Positions 63,553-64,000 of a stretch of 64,000 bases of DNA are shown one piece after another. Origin of the DNA: Marsupella aquatica (Eukaryota > Plantae > Marchantiophyta); NCBI GenBank assembly GCA_973895155.1, contig OZ316894.1:5356944-5420943 (forward strand), given 5' to 3'. The notes under the pieces were generated by a model that saw only the letters and a program-made list of their open reading frames with translations, was not told where the DNA came from and did not search any database. The position numbers and the translations under genes were made by a program. Within the stretch, counting starts at the first letter, position 1, and every line of letters begins with the position of its first letter.

Positions 63553-64000
63553 ATGGGTTCTGAAATAGCACACGATGTCATTTCTAAGGCACCTGGCCGT
63601 ACTAGCACTGCTCCACCAGCCAAGCCAACTTTGTCGTCGTCCTCTATGCAGCAGAAACAACAACCTGCTGTTGAGAAGGTGTTCGCAATGGGCCAAGGAG
63701 ACGGGGAGGAGAGCTACAGTAAGAACTCAGGATACCAAGCAACTGTCAACAAGATATCGCGATCAATTCTCGGGGAAGCACTCGAAAAACTGAATCTTTC
63801 CTCTGAGCGAGGCCCCGTGGTTGTGGCAGATTTGGGCTGCTCTTCCGGTAGTAACTCAATCGTCAATGTAGACCTCATTGTTGACAAATTAAGACGGCGG
63901 TTGACCCAAGATGTACATTTCCAAGCTTTCTTCAATGATCTTCCTTCCAACGACTTTAACAATCTCTTCCAACTGCTAAGTACTAACAAAAGAAGCGGAG
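63553..64000 (+). CDS. SABATH-family SAM-dependent carboxyl methyltransferase, 5' part (runs off the window; absent from the ORF track)
   Basis: Open frame from ATG 63553: MGSEIAH...VEKVFAMGQGDGEESYSKNSGYQ...VVADLGCSSGSNSI...FQAFFNDLPSNDFNNLFQLL. This contains the M.GG.G..SY.KNS..Q-like, ADLGCSSG and FNDLPSNDFN.LF SABATH motifs. Confidence 0.93.
   Translation, partial: MGSEIAHDVISKAPGRTSTAPPAKPTLSSSSMQQKQQPAVEKVFAMGQGDGEESYSKNSGYQATVNKISRSILGEALEKLNLSSERGPVVVADLGCSSGSNSIVNVDLIVDKLRRRLTQDVHFQAFFNDLPSNDFNNLFQLLSTNKRSG

Overview
This is eukaryotic nuclear DNA from a land plant. Gene content, intron sizes and repeat landscape suggest a bryophyte or other seed-free plant (inference). Plant-type genes: the 3' end of a probable R2R3-MYB, a 14-exon GBPL3-like guanylate-binding protein, an intronless CHIP (TPR/U-box) E3 ligase with a long insertion, a 4-exon class II (COMT-like) O-methyltransferase, the start of a SABATH methyltransferase, and a polycistronic box C/D snoRNA cluster (U18 and others) that the ORF track cannot show. 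Two fungal-type genes sit among them: a 3-exon polyol/sugar-porter MFS transporter and an intronless 3-dehydroshikimate dehydratase (qutC/qa-4 family). The main candidate new system lies in the last ~19 kb: OMT + fungal-type DHS dehydratase + SABATH. Together they could form a shikimate-shunt cluster making protocatechuate and methylated derivatives such as vanillate or methyl esters. Also present are a CRE/SLACS-like non-LTR retrotransposon with a twin-priming-type 5' inversion, MITEs and many short tandem duplications. All family assignments come from motif recognition by eye; no database searches were run.
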